A program made the translations under genes and the position numbers. A stretch of DNA of 62,866 nt, the filler included, from an uncultured Methanosarcinales archaeon (GTDB lineage Archaea > Nanobdellota > Nanobdellia > Woesearchaeales > CAYSVS01): NCBI GenBank assembly GCA_964589485.1. It is 3 parts of 3 records of this genome, joined end to end, with 100 filler letters (N's around TTAATTAATTAA, not from the genome) between each part and the next. Parts side by side here need not be neighbours in the genome. Positions count along the whole stretch, not along the records: positions 38,183 to 62,866 come from CAZPRK010000015.1; 2 more parts are not named here. One strand, given 5' to 3'. Shown here one piece after another: positions 50,034 through 59,794 of the stretch. Under the pieces are notes generated by a model, which was given only the letters and a program-made list of their open reading frames with translations, was not told the origin of the DNA and did no database searches. How positions within the stretch are numbered: the stretch's first letter is position 1; each line of letters opens with the position of its first letter.

Positions 50034-50681
50034 ATGAAAATAGTTTTGTTTGGACCCCCTGGTGTTGGAAAAGGAACATATGCGTCTATGTTGACTAAAA
50101 TGTATACTCTTCCTCATGTTTCTTCAGGTGACTTGTTTAGAGAAAACGTAAAAAATAAAACAGAATTAGGATTGTCTGCAAAAGAATTTATTGATAATGG
50201 TGATTTAGTTCCAGATGAAATAACTATGGGTATGGTTAAGAATAGAATTAAAGATGAAAATGGATTTTTTCTTGATGGTGTTCCGAGGACTATTGCACAA
50301 GCAAAAATTTTGGATGAATTTACTAAAATTGATATTGTTGTGAATTTTTTTGCAAATAAAGAAATTTTAATTAAAAGGATTTCTGGAAGAAGACTTTGTG
50401 GACAATGCCAGGCTGTGTATAACATTGAAACTAAAAAACCAATTGTTGAAGGTAAATGTGACGATTGTCAAGGTGAATTGTATCAAAGAACTGATGAAAT
50501 GCCAGATGTTGTTGAAAACAGGTTAGAAGTTTATGAAAAACAAACTAAACCAGTACTTGATTTTTACAAGGAAAAGGGATTATTAAGAGACATTGATGCA
50601 AATAAAGATATGTCTCACCCTGAATTTAGTGTCATTGATGAAGTAAAAGAAATATTAGATAAGATCGCGGAGGTTGTTTAA
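50034..50681 (+). CDS. adk: Adenylate kinase (long form, Zn lid)
   Basis: GPPGVGKGT, GDLVPD, DGVPRT and CxxC...CxxC lid; start at ATG 50034. Confidence 0.93.
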   Translation: MKIVLFGPPGVGKGTYASMLTKMYTLPHVSSGDLFRENVKNKTELGLSAKEFIDNGDLVPDEITMGMVKNRIKDENGFFLDGVPRTIAQAKILDEFTKIDIVVNFFANKEILIKRISGRRLCGQCQAVYNIETKKPIVEGKCDDCQGELYQRTDEMPDVVENRLEVYEKQTKPVLDFYKEKGLLRDIDANKDMSHPEFSVIDEVKEILDKIAEVV

Positions 50682-50694
50682 ATTGGGAGAAAAG

Positions 50695-52854
50695 ATGGTA
50701 GATAAGGTCACTAGAATTATGAAAGACCCTAAAAATATTAGAAATATTGCAATTTGTGCTCATATTGATCATGGTAAAACTACTTTTTCAGATAATTTAT
50801 TAGCTGGAGCAGGTATGATGAGTACCGACTTAGCTGGAAGTGCAAGAGCTTTAGATTTTCATGAAGATGAACAAGAAAGAGGAATTACAATTGATAGTGC
50901 ATCAGTTTCAATGGTTCACGATTATAAAGGTGAAGAAAAATTAATTAATTTGATTGATACTCCTGGACACGTAGATTTTGGCGGGGATGTTACTAGAGCT
51001 ATGAGAGCTGTTGATGGGGCAATTGTTTTATGTTGTGCATCTGAGGGAATTATGCCGCAGACTGAAACAGTTTTACGACAAGCTTTGAAAGAACGGGTTA
51101 AACCTGTTTTATTTATTAACAAAGTTGATAGGTTAATTAAAGAATTACAATTAACTCCAGAACAAATGCAAGAACGTTTTATTAAAATTATTACTGAAGT
51201 AAATAAATTAATTAGGGGAATTGCAGAGGAAGAATATGGAGATAAGTGGCAAACTAATGTTCAAGAAGGAAGTGTAGCTTTCGGAAGTGCTTTTCATAAT
51301 TGGGCTTTAAGTATTCCTTTTATGAAGGAAAAAAATATTACTTTTAAAGAAATAATTGAAGCATATACTTCAAATGATGGTGACTTGATTAAAGCTTTAG
51401 CAAAAAAAGCACCTATTCATGAAGTAATATTAAACATGGTTGTAGAACATTTGCCAAATCCAAGTTTTGCACAAAATTATAGAATTCCAAAAATTTGGAG
51501 AGGAGATGTTGAAAGTGAAGATGGAAAATCTTTATTATCTTGTGATCCAAATGGACCTTTATATTTTTGTATTATTAAAGTTGTAGTTGATCCTCAAGCA
51601 GGTGAAATTAGCGCAGGAAGATTATTTTCTGGAACTTTAAAGAAAGGTCAAGAAGTTTATCTTAATAGAGCTAAACAAAATGTTAGAGTTCAACAAGTAT
51701 TTATTTACAATGGTTCAAAAAGAGAAATTGTAGATGATGTTCCAAGTGGAAATATTATTGGAATAGCAGGTGTAAAATCTTCTCCGGGTGAAACAATTAC
51801 ATTAACTCCAAGTGAACCATTTGAAGCAATCACTCATATCTTTGATCCAGTTGTTACTAAAGCTATTGAAGCTACAAAACCAAGTGATTTGCCAAAATTA
51901 ATTGAAGTTTTAAGAATGGTTTCAAAAGAAGATCCAACTGTTAAAATTGAGATTAATGAAGAAACAGGTGAACATTTATTACATGGAATGGGTGAATTGC
52001 ACTTAGAAGTTATAGAGAATAGAATTAAATCGGAAAAAGGAGTAGAAGTAAAAACAAGTCCACCGATTGTTGTTTATAGAGAAACAGTTTCTAAGTTAGG
52101 TCAAGAAGCTGAAGGTAAAAGTCCAAATAAACACAATAAATTTTATTTTATAGTTGAACCTTTAGAGAAAGAAATCTTTGATGCAATTAAACAAGGAAAA
52201 ATTCAAGAAGGACGAACTAAGAAAAAAGATATTGCTTTAAGAGATACATTAGTTGGTTTTGGAATGGATTCAAAAATAGCTACTAAAGTAAAAGACATTT
52301 ACGATGGTAATATGTTTATTGACGAAACAAAAGGACAAGTTCATTTGCAGGAAGTTATTGAAATGATTTTGGATATGTTTGAAGATGTAATGAGATCAGG
52401 ACCTTTAGCAAGGGAACCTTGTATAGGAGTTAAAGTTAAATTGATGGATATGAAGTTACATGAAGATGCAATTCATAGAGGACCTGCTCAAGTATACCCT
52501 GCAGTAAGAGAGGGAATTAGAGCTTCAATGTCAACAAGTGCTCCTGTATTGTTTGAACCTTTACAGATTAATTTAATTGAAGGACCTGTAGATTTTATGG
52601 GAGAAATTTCAAAGTTAGTTAGTAATAAGAGAGGACAATTGTTAGACATGCAACAACAACAAGCAACTGTAGTAGTAAAAGCAAAATTGCCAGTTGGTGA
52701 AATGTTTGGATGGAGTAACGATTTAAGAAGTGCAACTGGTGGAAGAGGAACAAGTAGTTTGATTGATCAAGTATTTGAAAAACTTCCAGGAGAATTACAA
52801 GATAAAATTACTGGACAAATTCGGAGTAGAAAAGGTTTGACTGATGCACAATAG
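50695..52854 (+). CDS. fusA: Archaeal elongation factor 2
   Basis: AHIDHGKTT, RGITI, DTPGH and NKVD; diphthamide-site HEDAIHRG retained. Confidence 0.97.
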   Translation: MVDKVTRIMKDPKNIRNIAICAHIDHGKTTFSDNLLAGAGMMSTDLAGSARALDFHEDEQERGITIDSASVSMVHDYKGEEKLINLIDTPGHVDFGGDVTRAMRAVDGAIVLCCASEGIMPQTETVLRQALKERVKPVLFINKVDRLIKELQLTPEQMQERFIKIITEVNKLIRGIAEEEYGDKWQTNVQEGSVAFGSAFHNWALSIPFMKEKNITFKEIIEAYTSNDGDLIKALAKKAPIHEVILNMVVEHLPNPSFAQNYRIPKIWRGDVESEDGKSLLSCDPNGPLYFCIIKVVVDPQAGEISAGRLFSGTLKKGQEVYLNRAKQNVRVQQVFIYNGSKREIVDDVPSGNIIGIAGVKSSPGETITLTPSEPFEAITHIFDPVVTKAIEATKPSDLPKLIEVLRMVSKEDPTVKIEINEETGEHLLHGMGELHLEVIENRIKSEKGVEVKTSPPIVVYRETVSKLGQEAEGKSPNKHNKFYFIVEPLEKEIFDAIKQGKIQEGRTKKKDIALRDTLVGFGMDSKIATKVKDIYDGNMFIDETKGQVHLQEVIEMILDMFEDVMRSGPLAREPCIGVKVKLMDMKLHEDAIHRGPAQVYPAVREGIRASMSTSAPVLFEPLQINLIEGPVDFMGEISKLVSNKRGQLLDMQQQQATVVVKAKLPVGEMFGWSNDLRSATGGRGTSSLIDQVFEKLPGELQDKITGQIRSRKGLTDAQ

Positions 52855-52958
52855 CAATAGAAAGCATAGTCAGTTCTTAGCTTTCTTCAACAGAAAGCTT
52901 TAAATACAAACGAAAAATTCCAGAGAATACTATCGTTCAAAAACGGAGGGATTATATA

Positions 52959-54251
52959 ATGGCGAGAGATAAACCACATATCAATTTAGTATTTATTGGA
53001 CACGTTGATCACGGAAAATCAACTACTGTAGGTAGATTAATGTTTGATTCAGGATCTATCGATGAACAACAGATGAGAAAGTTAAAAGAAAAAGCGCAAG
53101 AATTAGGAAAAGGCGGGTTTGAATTTGCTTTCGTAATGGATAATTTAAAAGAAGAAAGAGAAAGAGGAGTTACTATTGATTTAGCTCACAAAAAGTTTGA
53201 TACAGATAAATATTCATTTACTGTTATTGATGCTCCAGGACACAAGGATTTTATTAAGAACATGATTACTGGAGCTTCACAAGCTGATGCTGCAGTTTTA
53301 GTTGTAGCTGCTAATGATGGAGTAAATGCTCAAACTAAAGAACACGTATTCTTATCAAAAACATTAGGAGTTGGTCAATTAATTATTGGTCTAAACAAAA
53401 TGGATATTTCTGGTGTTGATTACAAAGAAGAAAAATATAACGCAGTTAAGGAAGAAGTAGGAAAGTTACTTCAGACTGTTGGGTTTAAACCTGAGGAGAT
53501 TCCTTTTGTTGCAATGTCATCTCTTAAAGGAGAAAATATTGTAACTAAATCAGAAAACATGCCTTGGTATTCAGGGCCTACATTATTAGAAGCAATTAAT
53601 GATTTAAAAGAACCTGATAAACCTACTAATTTACCTTTAAGAATTCCTATCCAAGATGTTTATAACATTACTGGAATCGGAGTTGTTCCTGTAGGTAGAG
53701 TAGAAACTGGAATCGTTAAAGTAGGCGATAAAGTAACTGCAGTTCCTGGAAGAGAAGGAAAAGGTATTACAGGAGAAGTAAAAACAATCGAAATGCACCA
53801 TGAACAATTTCAACAAGCTGAACCTGGAGATAATATCGGGTTTAGTGTACGTGGGTTTGGTAAAAAGGATTTAGCAAGAGGAGATGTATTAGGTCATCCT
53901 GATAATGTTCCAACTATTGCTGAAGAATTTACTGCACAAATGGTTGTATTAAATCATCCAAGTGTAATTACAGTTGGATATACACCGGTATTCCATATAC
54001 ATACAGCACAGGTTGCATGTCAAGTTATGGCTATTGAGAAAAAGTTAAACCCAGCAACTGGTGAAGTTTTGGCAGAAAATCCTGACTTTATCAAGAATGG
54101 TGACGCAGCAATACTTAAGTTGAAACCAATTCAACCTTTAGTAATTGAGACACAGAAGGAAATTCCTCAAATGTCAAGATTCGCTATTAGAGATAGTGGT
54201 TCAACAGTTGCAGCAGGAATGTGTATTGACTTGGTGAAAAAACAACTTTAA
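52959..54251 (+). CDS. tuf: Archaeal elongation factor 1-alpha
   Basis: [22 protein letters not shown] and NKMD motifs. Confidence 0.98.
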   Translation: MARDKPHINLVFIGHVDHGKSTTVGRLMFDSGSIDEQQMRKLKEKAQELGKGGFEFAFVMDNLKEERERGVTIDLAHKKFDTDKYSFTVIDAPGHKDFIKNMITGASQADAAVLVVAANDGVNAQTKEHVFLSKTLGVGQLIIGLNKMDISGVDYKEEKYNAVKEEVGKLLQTVGFKPEEIPFVAMSSLKGENIVTKSENMPWYSGPTLLEAINDLKEPDKPTNLPLRIPIQDVYNITGIGVVPVGRVETGIVKVGDKVTAVPGREGKGITGEVKTIEMHHEQFQQAEPGDNIGFSVRGFGKKDLARGDVLGHPDNVPTIAEEFTAQMVVLNHPSVITVGYTPVFHIHTAQVACQVMAIEKKLNPATGEVLAENPDFIKNGDAAILKLKPIQPLVIETQKEIPQMSRFAIRDSGSTVAAGMCIDLVKKQL

Positions 54252-54297
54252 TTTTTTTTTATTTTATTTAATTAACATGATGGAATAGAGATTCGTC

Positions 54298-54621
54298 ATG
54301 GGTACGAAAATGCAAAAAGCAAGAATAAAATTAGCAAGCACGGATATTAGCAAAGTAAATGCTATTTGTAAGAGTATTAGTGATATTTCTGAAAAGACTG
54401 GAGTAAATATGAGAGGACCTATTCCTTTACCAACAAAAAAGTTAAAATTAACTACAAGAAAAAGTCCTTCCGGTGAAGGAAAAGCTTCATGGGAAAAATA
54501 TGAAATGAGAGTTCATAAAAGATTAATAGATTTAGGTTTAGATGAAAGAGCTTTAAGGTTAGTAATGAGAATTAATATTCCTGAAGGGTTAAACATTGAA
54601 ATTGAAATGATTGATACTTAA
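54298..54621 (+). CDS. rps10: 30S ribosomal protein S10
   Basis: [16 protein letters not shown] and HKRLID motifs; true start may be ATG 54310. Confidence 0.96.
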   Translation: MGTKMQKARIKLASTDISKVNAICKSISDISEKTGVNMRGPIPLPTKKLKLTTRKSPSGEGKASWEKYEMRVHKRLIDLGLDERALRLVMRINIPEGLNIEIEMIDT

Positions 54622-54652
54622 ATTTATATACTTTAACTTCTTTAATTATTAG

Positions 54653-54910
54653 ATGAATAAAAAATTATTATTTGTATTTATTATTTTTATATTAGGTTGC
54701 ACTGAAGAAGCTAAAGAAGATAATTTTTGTGGAGTTTCAACTAATGGTGAATGTTCCATGGACTCAGATTGTGTAACAGGTGGATGTTCTGGGCAAGTAT
54801 GTCAATCTGTAAAAGAAGGAAAAATTACAACAATTTGTGATTACAAAGAATGTTATGATTCTAGTGAAAAAGTTTGTGGTTGTATTGAAGGGAAATGTAA
54901 CTGGAATTAG
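54653..54910 (+). CDS. Eight-cysteine-cluster domain lipoprotein
   Basis: Lipobox ILGC; CGVST..EC..DSDC..GGCSGQVC...C...CGC....CNW. Confidence 0.75.
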   Translation: MNKKLLFVFIIFILGCTEEAKEDNFCGVSTNGECSMDSDCVTGGCSGQVCQSVKEGKITTICDYKECYDSSEKVCGCIEGKCNWN

Positions 54911-54945
54911 AAAACTATTTAAACACCTTTTTTCTTATATCTATT

Positions 54946-55287
54946 ATGGTAGATGATTTTGATAAACAAATGCATACTTTCAATGCAGACGAGGAAATAG
55001 ATGTTATTCTTACTTTTTTAGAAGAAGTTAAGTTAGATGCAGAAAGACTTAAATTATTGTTAAAAGAAATGAAAATATTGGAAAAATATGATATGTTAAA
55101 ACAAGTCGAAAAATTTCATGAAATATTAAAATTCTATCAATTATTGGATACAGATGTAGGAATTAATGCAGAAAGAATAAAAAAAATATCTAGCAATTTA
55201 AAAAATAAAGCTTTAGAAAGTAATGATCTTACAGATGAATGGAAAGAAATTATTAAAACTAATGAAAGATGGAATTTTGACTGGTAA
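54946..55287 (+). CDS. Hypothetical helical protein
   Basis: 113-aa ORF with its own TATA-like box upstream; no motif recognised. Confidence 0.6.
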   Translation: MVDDFDKQMHTFNADEEIDVILTFLEEVKLDAERLKLLLKEMKILEKYDMLKQVEKFHEILKFYQLLDTDVGINAERIKKISSNLKNKALESNDLTDEWKEIIKTNERWNFDW

Positions 55288-55288
55288 A

Positions 55289-56644
55289 TTAAGCTATAGT
55301 TTCTTCTAATGTAATTTGATTTAATTCGCTTTTAATATTTTCAATAAACTCTTCTTCTTTTTCTGTTGGGATATTTGCACCTAAACAATTTTTATGTCCG
55401 CCAAAATTAGCACCTTCTATTTTATTTAAAATTTTTTCAGCTAATTGTTTAAGATCAAAATTAGTATTAGTCCTCATAGATATTTTAGTTGTATTGTCTT
55501 GATTTCTTCCCATTGCCACAACAAAGTCATATTTATATCTCCTTGACTTTGAAAGTATTGAAGATATGGTTCCTATCAGTGAAGATTTTGCTTTATTTTC
55601 TAAGTTAAGAATAACAAATTTATCCGTATGTATAACTTTATGCTTATTTTCTACAAACCATTGTATAGCATTGTTAAGTTCTTCTTTGTATTGTGTTAAA
55701 TTATGTAATGCTAATATTTTTGAATTTTCATCTCCCAATAATGCACCAATTGCTAATTGAGGGTTATCTAATTTTCCGCATGAATTTAGTAATGTACTAA
55801 ATTCTCTTAAATCTCTATATGGAGAATCTTCTTTTTCACTTTGTATAATATATTTAGTTCCGTATATTTTATTTTTATTTTCTTCACCAATATTTTCAAG
55901 TAATGCTTTTAATAGACTTTCTTTTTTTTCTTTATCTAAATCATAAATTTTAGTATTGGGTTCGATATCAAGGTTTAATAAAAATTTATTTGCAGCATCT
56001 CGATCTAAAGTTATTCCTTTAATGTCGATTAAATCGCTTTGTTCCAATATTTTAGAAATAGGTTTACTAAAAAATCCATAAAATTTAAAGTTTTCTTCAG
56101 CTTTTAAAACCTTTGAATTTATTGCATCGTTTAAAATTGTTTTATCAACTTCATTAAATTCTTTATGATTATCTCCAATTGCGCCAATTAATGCAATGTG
56201 AGCTAAATTTTTTATTTCTTGATTAATTTCTTTACAGAATAGATAAGTTATTGTAGCTCCACAATATTGTGTGTCTTTTATGTCGTAAACTAAAGGATTA
56301 ATGTGAATTGTTTTCTCTGACTTTATTGTCGGAATGTGGTGGTCAAGAATAAATATAGTTTTGTTAACTAAAATTTCTTCAATTAACGAAATTTGACTTG
56401 AACCAAAATCTGCAAAAATAAAATTATCAAAAGAATCGTTTTTTAATTCTTCGATAGTTTTTTTATCTAAATTTCTGACAATACTTAATGAAAAAACCTT
56501 ATCATCTAACTCAAAAAGTTTACTTAAGATTGCCGCAGAACATAATCCATCTGCATCAAAGTGACAAACAATTTTAAAAGGTTTATCAATAGATTTGAAT
56601 TTTTCAGCTGCTTGTTTTAGAGTATCTATGAATTTACTCTGCAT
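55289..56644 (-). CDS. RecJ/Cdc45-like DHH phosphoesterase
   Basis: HFDADG, ADFGS, LDHH and GGH (DHHA1) motifs; conserved archaeal linkage to rps15. Confidence 0.88.
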   Translation of the reverse strand: MQSKFIDTLKQAAEKFKSIDKPFKIVCHFDADGLCSAAILSKLFELDDKVFSLSIVRNLDKKTIEELKNDSFDNFIFADFGSSQISLIEEILVNKTIFILDHHIPTIKSEKTIHINPLVYDIKDTQYCGATITYLFCKEINQEIKNLAHIALIGAIGDNHKEFNEVDKTILNDAINSKVLKAEENFKFYGFFSKPISKILEQSDLIDIKGITLDRDAANKFLLNLDIEPNTKIYDLDKEKKESLLKALLENIGEENKNKIYGTKYIIQSEKEDSPYRDLREFSTLLNSCGKLDNPQLAIGALLGDENSKILALHNLTQYKEELNNAIQWFVENKHKVIHTDKFVILNLENKAKSSLIGTISSILSKSRRYKYDFVVAMGRNQDNTTKISMRTNTNFDLKQLAEKILNKIEGANFGGHKNCLGANIPTEKEEEFIENIKSELNQITLEETIA

Positions 56645-57089
56645 ACATCTTTAACCTCTCAGGATCATATTTCCAATCTAGAGGTAACACTTTTTTCTTT
56701 TTATAATAAGTCATTAATCTTTTAATCTTACTTTCAGTAAGTATTAATCCTCTTCCTGCAGGTTTATCTTGTTTATTACTTTCTAAATGTTTTCTGACAT
56801 ATATTGCTTTTCTGATTAAAGCTAATAAATCTTCAGGTAATTCACCAAAAAGCTTTTTTTCTTTAAGAACTTTTGAAATTTTAGTTTCTATAATTGGTCT
56901 TACATCAGGAATTCCATAAACGTCTCTTAAAATCATTCCAATTTCACTAGCTTGTTTTCCTTCTTTTGCTAATTTTTGAATTAACATTAAAACTTCTTTA
57001 CTTCCATATCTAACCCAAGCTGGTTTGGTTCTTTCTTTAGGTCTGGTTGATCCAGATTTTCCTCTTTTTCTAGAGTGCATTTTAGCCAT
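56634..57089 (-). CDS. rps15: 30S ribosomal protein S15 (archaeal S15P/S13e)
   Basis: MAKMHSRKRGKSGS, LRDVYGIP, PEDL and ESKIKRL motifs. Confidence 0.97.
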   Translation of the reverse strand: MAKMHSRKRGKSGSTRPKERTKPAWVRYGSKEVLMLIQKLAKEGKQASEIGMILRDVYGIPDVRPIIETKISKVLKEKKLFGELPEDLLALIRKAIYVRKHLESNKQDKPAGRGLILTESKIKRLMTYYKKKKVLPLDWKYDPERLKMYAE

Positions 57090-57260
57090 TTTATTTCCTC
57101 CACAACCAATAAGAAGTATTCAACTTCCGGCATACATGAGCTTACACCAACGTATCCATGGTTATATTATTGAAAAATGATGGGTTATTTATAAAGGTTA
57201 TTGTTTGGATTAAATAGTTTTAAACCAAAAATTAATAAATACTGAAGTAATATTTTTGTT

Positions 57261-57470
57261 GTGGAAACATCTTTGGAATTGTTATTTAAACGAAAGTTTG
57301 AAAAGGTTGTTATAAAAAGTTTGTTTATAACTGCTGCTTTTTTTATAACAATTTTAGAGATTTGGAAAATCATGACTCAAAATATCGGAATGACAATATT
57401 GATCTTAATAACATTTTATATTATTTTTTTTGCAATGGTTGAAAATGAGGTGAAAAATGTTAAAAAATAA
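57261..57470 (+). CDS. Small 2-TM membrane protein
   Basis: GTG start about 25 nt below a TTAATAAA box; carries the SD for the next ORF. Confidence 0.5.
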   Translation: METSLELLFKRKFEKVVIKSLFITAAFFITILEIWKIMTQNIGMTILILITFYIIFFAMVENEVKNVKK

Positions 57471-57555
57471 AAAGGCACAAATGCAAACTATATTATTAAT
57501 TTTATTGGTTGTACTTATTTTATATATTGTTGGCAAAGAAAGAGGATGGTGGTAG
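57457..57555 (+). CDS. 32-aa class III signal peptide micro-protein (minimal pilin-like)
   Basis: Not in ORF track. GAGGTG SD at 57447-57452; MLKNKKA|QMQTILLILLVVLILYIVGKERGWW; stop lies 2 nt from the convergent gene's stop. Confidence 0.7.
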   Translation: MLKNKKAQMQTILLILLVVLILYIVGKERGWW

Positions 57556-57557
57556 AA

Positions 57558-58475
57558 TTACACTTTTTTAAACTTAGCAACAAAGAATCCTTCACAATCG
57601 TTATCATAAGGCCATATACGTAGAACTTTTTCTTTAATTTCTTTATTATTTGTTATTGGAATTGACTTGTTTATAGGCAAATCTATTTTTTCTAATTTTA
57701 ATGGTAGGTTATTTAGAGCCCATTCAACATTATCTTCATTTTCTTCAACTTCACAAGAACAAGTACTATATACTATTGTTCCATTTGTTTTAAGTAATTG
57801 AACTGCATTTGCAAGTAACTTTTTTTGAGTTGCAGCTAACCTTTCAACTCCTTTAGGGTTCCATTCTTTTAATATTCTAAAGCTTTTATTTATAGTCCCA
57901 GTACCAGAACAAGGAGCATCTACAAGTATTTTATCAAATTCTAAATCTTTAATTTTATGTCCAGGATATAAAGTTACTATAGTGTTAGAAATTCCGCATC
58001 TGTTTAAGTTTATTCCTAATGATGCTAGTCTAATTCCTTTGTAATCATTTGCCATAACAACTCCTTTATTTTCCATATATTGTGCAATTTGTGAAGTTTT
58101 ACTTCCAGGGGCAGCACACATGTCTAATACTTTTTCACCTGGTTTAGGTTCTAAAACAATAGGAGGAATCATAGAACTTGCATCTTGGACATAAATATAT
58201 CCTAATGAATGTTCAATTAAATTTCCAATATCTTTTCTTCCTTCACTATGTTCAATCCAAAATCCTTCTTTACACCAAGGAATTGGAGTTAATTTCCAAT
58301 TTTTTATTCTTTTTTTTAAATTTTCAATATTAATCTTTAAAGTATTTACTCTTATACTTTTTTTAGGAAAAGCTTTACTTGATTCAATGAATTTATCGTA
58401 TTTTGGACAAATCTCTTTATATCTATCAATAAATTTAGGTTTAATTAACTTGTCAAATTCATTTAATTTGTTCAT
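57558..58475 (-). CDS. RsmB/NOP2-family RNA m5C methyltransferase
   Basis: SIRVNTLK, QDASSM, DMCAAPGSKT, DAPCSG and YSTCS motifs. Confidence 0.93.
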   Translation of the reverse strand: MNKLNEFDKLIKPKFIDRYKEICPKYDKFIESSKAFPKKSIRVNTLKINIENLKKRIKNWKLTPIPWCKEGFWIEHSEGRKDIGNLIEHSLGYIYVQDASSMIPPIVLEPKPGEKVLDMCAAPGSKTSQIAQYMENKGVVMANDYKGIRLASLGINLNRCGISNTIVTLYPGHKIKDLEFDKILVDAPCSGTGTINKSFRILKEWNPKGVERLAATQKKLLANAVQLLKTNGTIVYSTCSCEVEENEDNVEWALNNLPLKLEKIDLPINKSIPITNNKEIKEKVLRIWPYDNDCEGFFVAKFKKV

Positions 58476-58548
58476 GTTACTTTGAAAATTTATAAATTAA
58501 TAAATGTATGGTAAAAATTTATATAATAACAATTAATTAAGTAAAAAT

Positions 58549-58749
58549 ATGGCTTGTAAAGTTAAAGTAGATCAAGAAACTTGTATTGGTTGTGGGGCAT
58601 GTGAAGCTGTTTCGCCTAAAATATATAAATTGAAAGATCTTAATGGGGAGCAGAAAGCTTTTGCGATAAAAGAAGAAGTTGAAGAAGTAGATGAAGCAAA
58701 AGAAGGAGAAGAAGTTTGTCCAGTGGAAGCTATCAAGATTGACGAATAA
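58549..58749 (+). CDS. Single-cluster ferredoxin
   Basis: CIGCGAC...CPVEAI. Confidence 0.9.
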   Translation: MACKVKVDQETCIGCGACEAVSPKIYKLKDLNGEQKAFAIKEEVEEVDEAKEGEEVCPVEAIKIDE

Positions 58750-58789
58750 TTCCAAAAACTTTATAAATGCAAATTCTAATAATTAAGTA

Positions 58790-59794
58790 ATGTCGAGAAA
58801 TATAGCTTTTTATGAAGTAGAAAAATGGGAAGAAAATTATTTTAGTGAAAGATTAAAAGGGAAATTATTTTTTTCTAAAAAGCCAATTAATAAACGTACA
58901 GTAAAAAATGTTGAAGCTATTTCGATTTTCATTTATTCTGTAGTTAATAAAGAAATTTTAGATCAAATGCCTAAATTAAAATTAATAGTTACTAGATCTA
59001 CTGGGTTTGATCATATTGATATGTATGAATGTAAAAAACGTGGTATTGTAGTTTGTAATGTTCCTTTTTATGGTGAAAATACTGTAGCTGAACATACAAT
59101 GGCATTAATGTTAGCTATTTCAAGGAAAGTAGTTGAAAGTGTAAATAGAACTCAGAATGAAGATTTTAATTTACAGGGGTTACGTGGATTTGATTTGAAA
59201 GGTAAAACTTTAGGAATTATTGGAGGGGGGCATATTGGAATGCATGTTGCAAGGATGGCAAAGTCATTTGAAATGAATATATTAGTTTTTGATTTACATA
59301 AAGATATTGAGCTATCAAAACAAATTGGGTTTAAATATTCTTCACTTGATAATTTAATGAAAAATTCAGATATTATTACTTTACACTTACCTTATAATAA
59401 ACATACGCATCATATAATAAATAAGAATTCATTAAAAATAATGAAGAAAGGCGTAATTTTAATTAATACTGCAAGGGGAGGATTGATAGAAACTGATGCT
59501 TTAGTTGTTGGTTTAAAAAAAAATATTATCTCATTTGCAGGGTTAGATGTACTAGAAGAAGAATGCTTTTTAAGGGAAGAAAAAGAACTTATTTTATCTC
59601 ATAAAGAATTAAAATGTAATATTAAAAATGTATTAGAAGATCATGCATTATGTAAAGATAAACGAGTTTTAGTAACGGCACATAATGCATTTAATAGCAT
59701 TGAAGCATTAAAAAGAATAAATGACACAACACTTAAAAATATACTTGGTTTCTTTAAAAAAAGTAAGATTAATAGAATAAAATGGCAAGTTTAA
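58790..59794 (+). CDS. D-2-hydroxyacid dehydrogenase (D-lactate dehydrogenase-like)
   Basis: RSTGFDHID, VAEH, GGGHIG, NTARG, DVLEEE and TAHNAF motifs. Confidence 0.9.
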   Translation: MSRNIAFYEVEKWEENYFSERLKGKLFFSKKPINKRTVKNVEAISIFIYSVVNKEILDQMPKLKLIVTRSTGFDHIDMYECKKRGIVVCNVPFYGENTVAEHTMALMLAISRKVVESVNRTQNEDFNLQGLRGFDLKGKTLGIIGGGHIGMHVARMAKSFEMNILVFDLHKDIELSKQIGFKYSSLDNLMKNSDIITLHLPYNKHTHHIINKNSLKIMKKGVILINTARGGLIETDALVVGLKKNIISFAGLDVLEEECFLREEKELILSHKELKCNIKNVLEDHALCKDKRVLVTAHNAFNSIEALKRINDTTLKNILGFFKKSKINRIKWQV

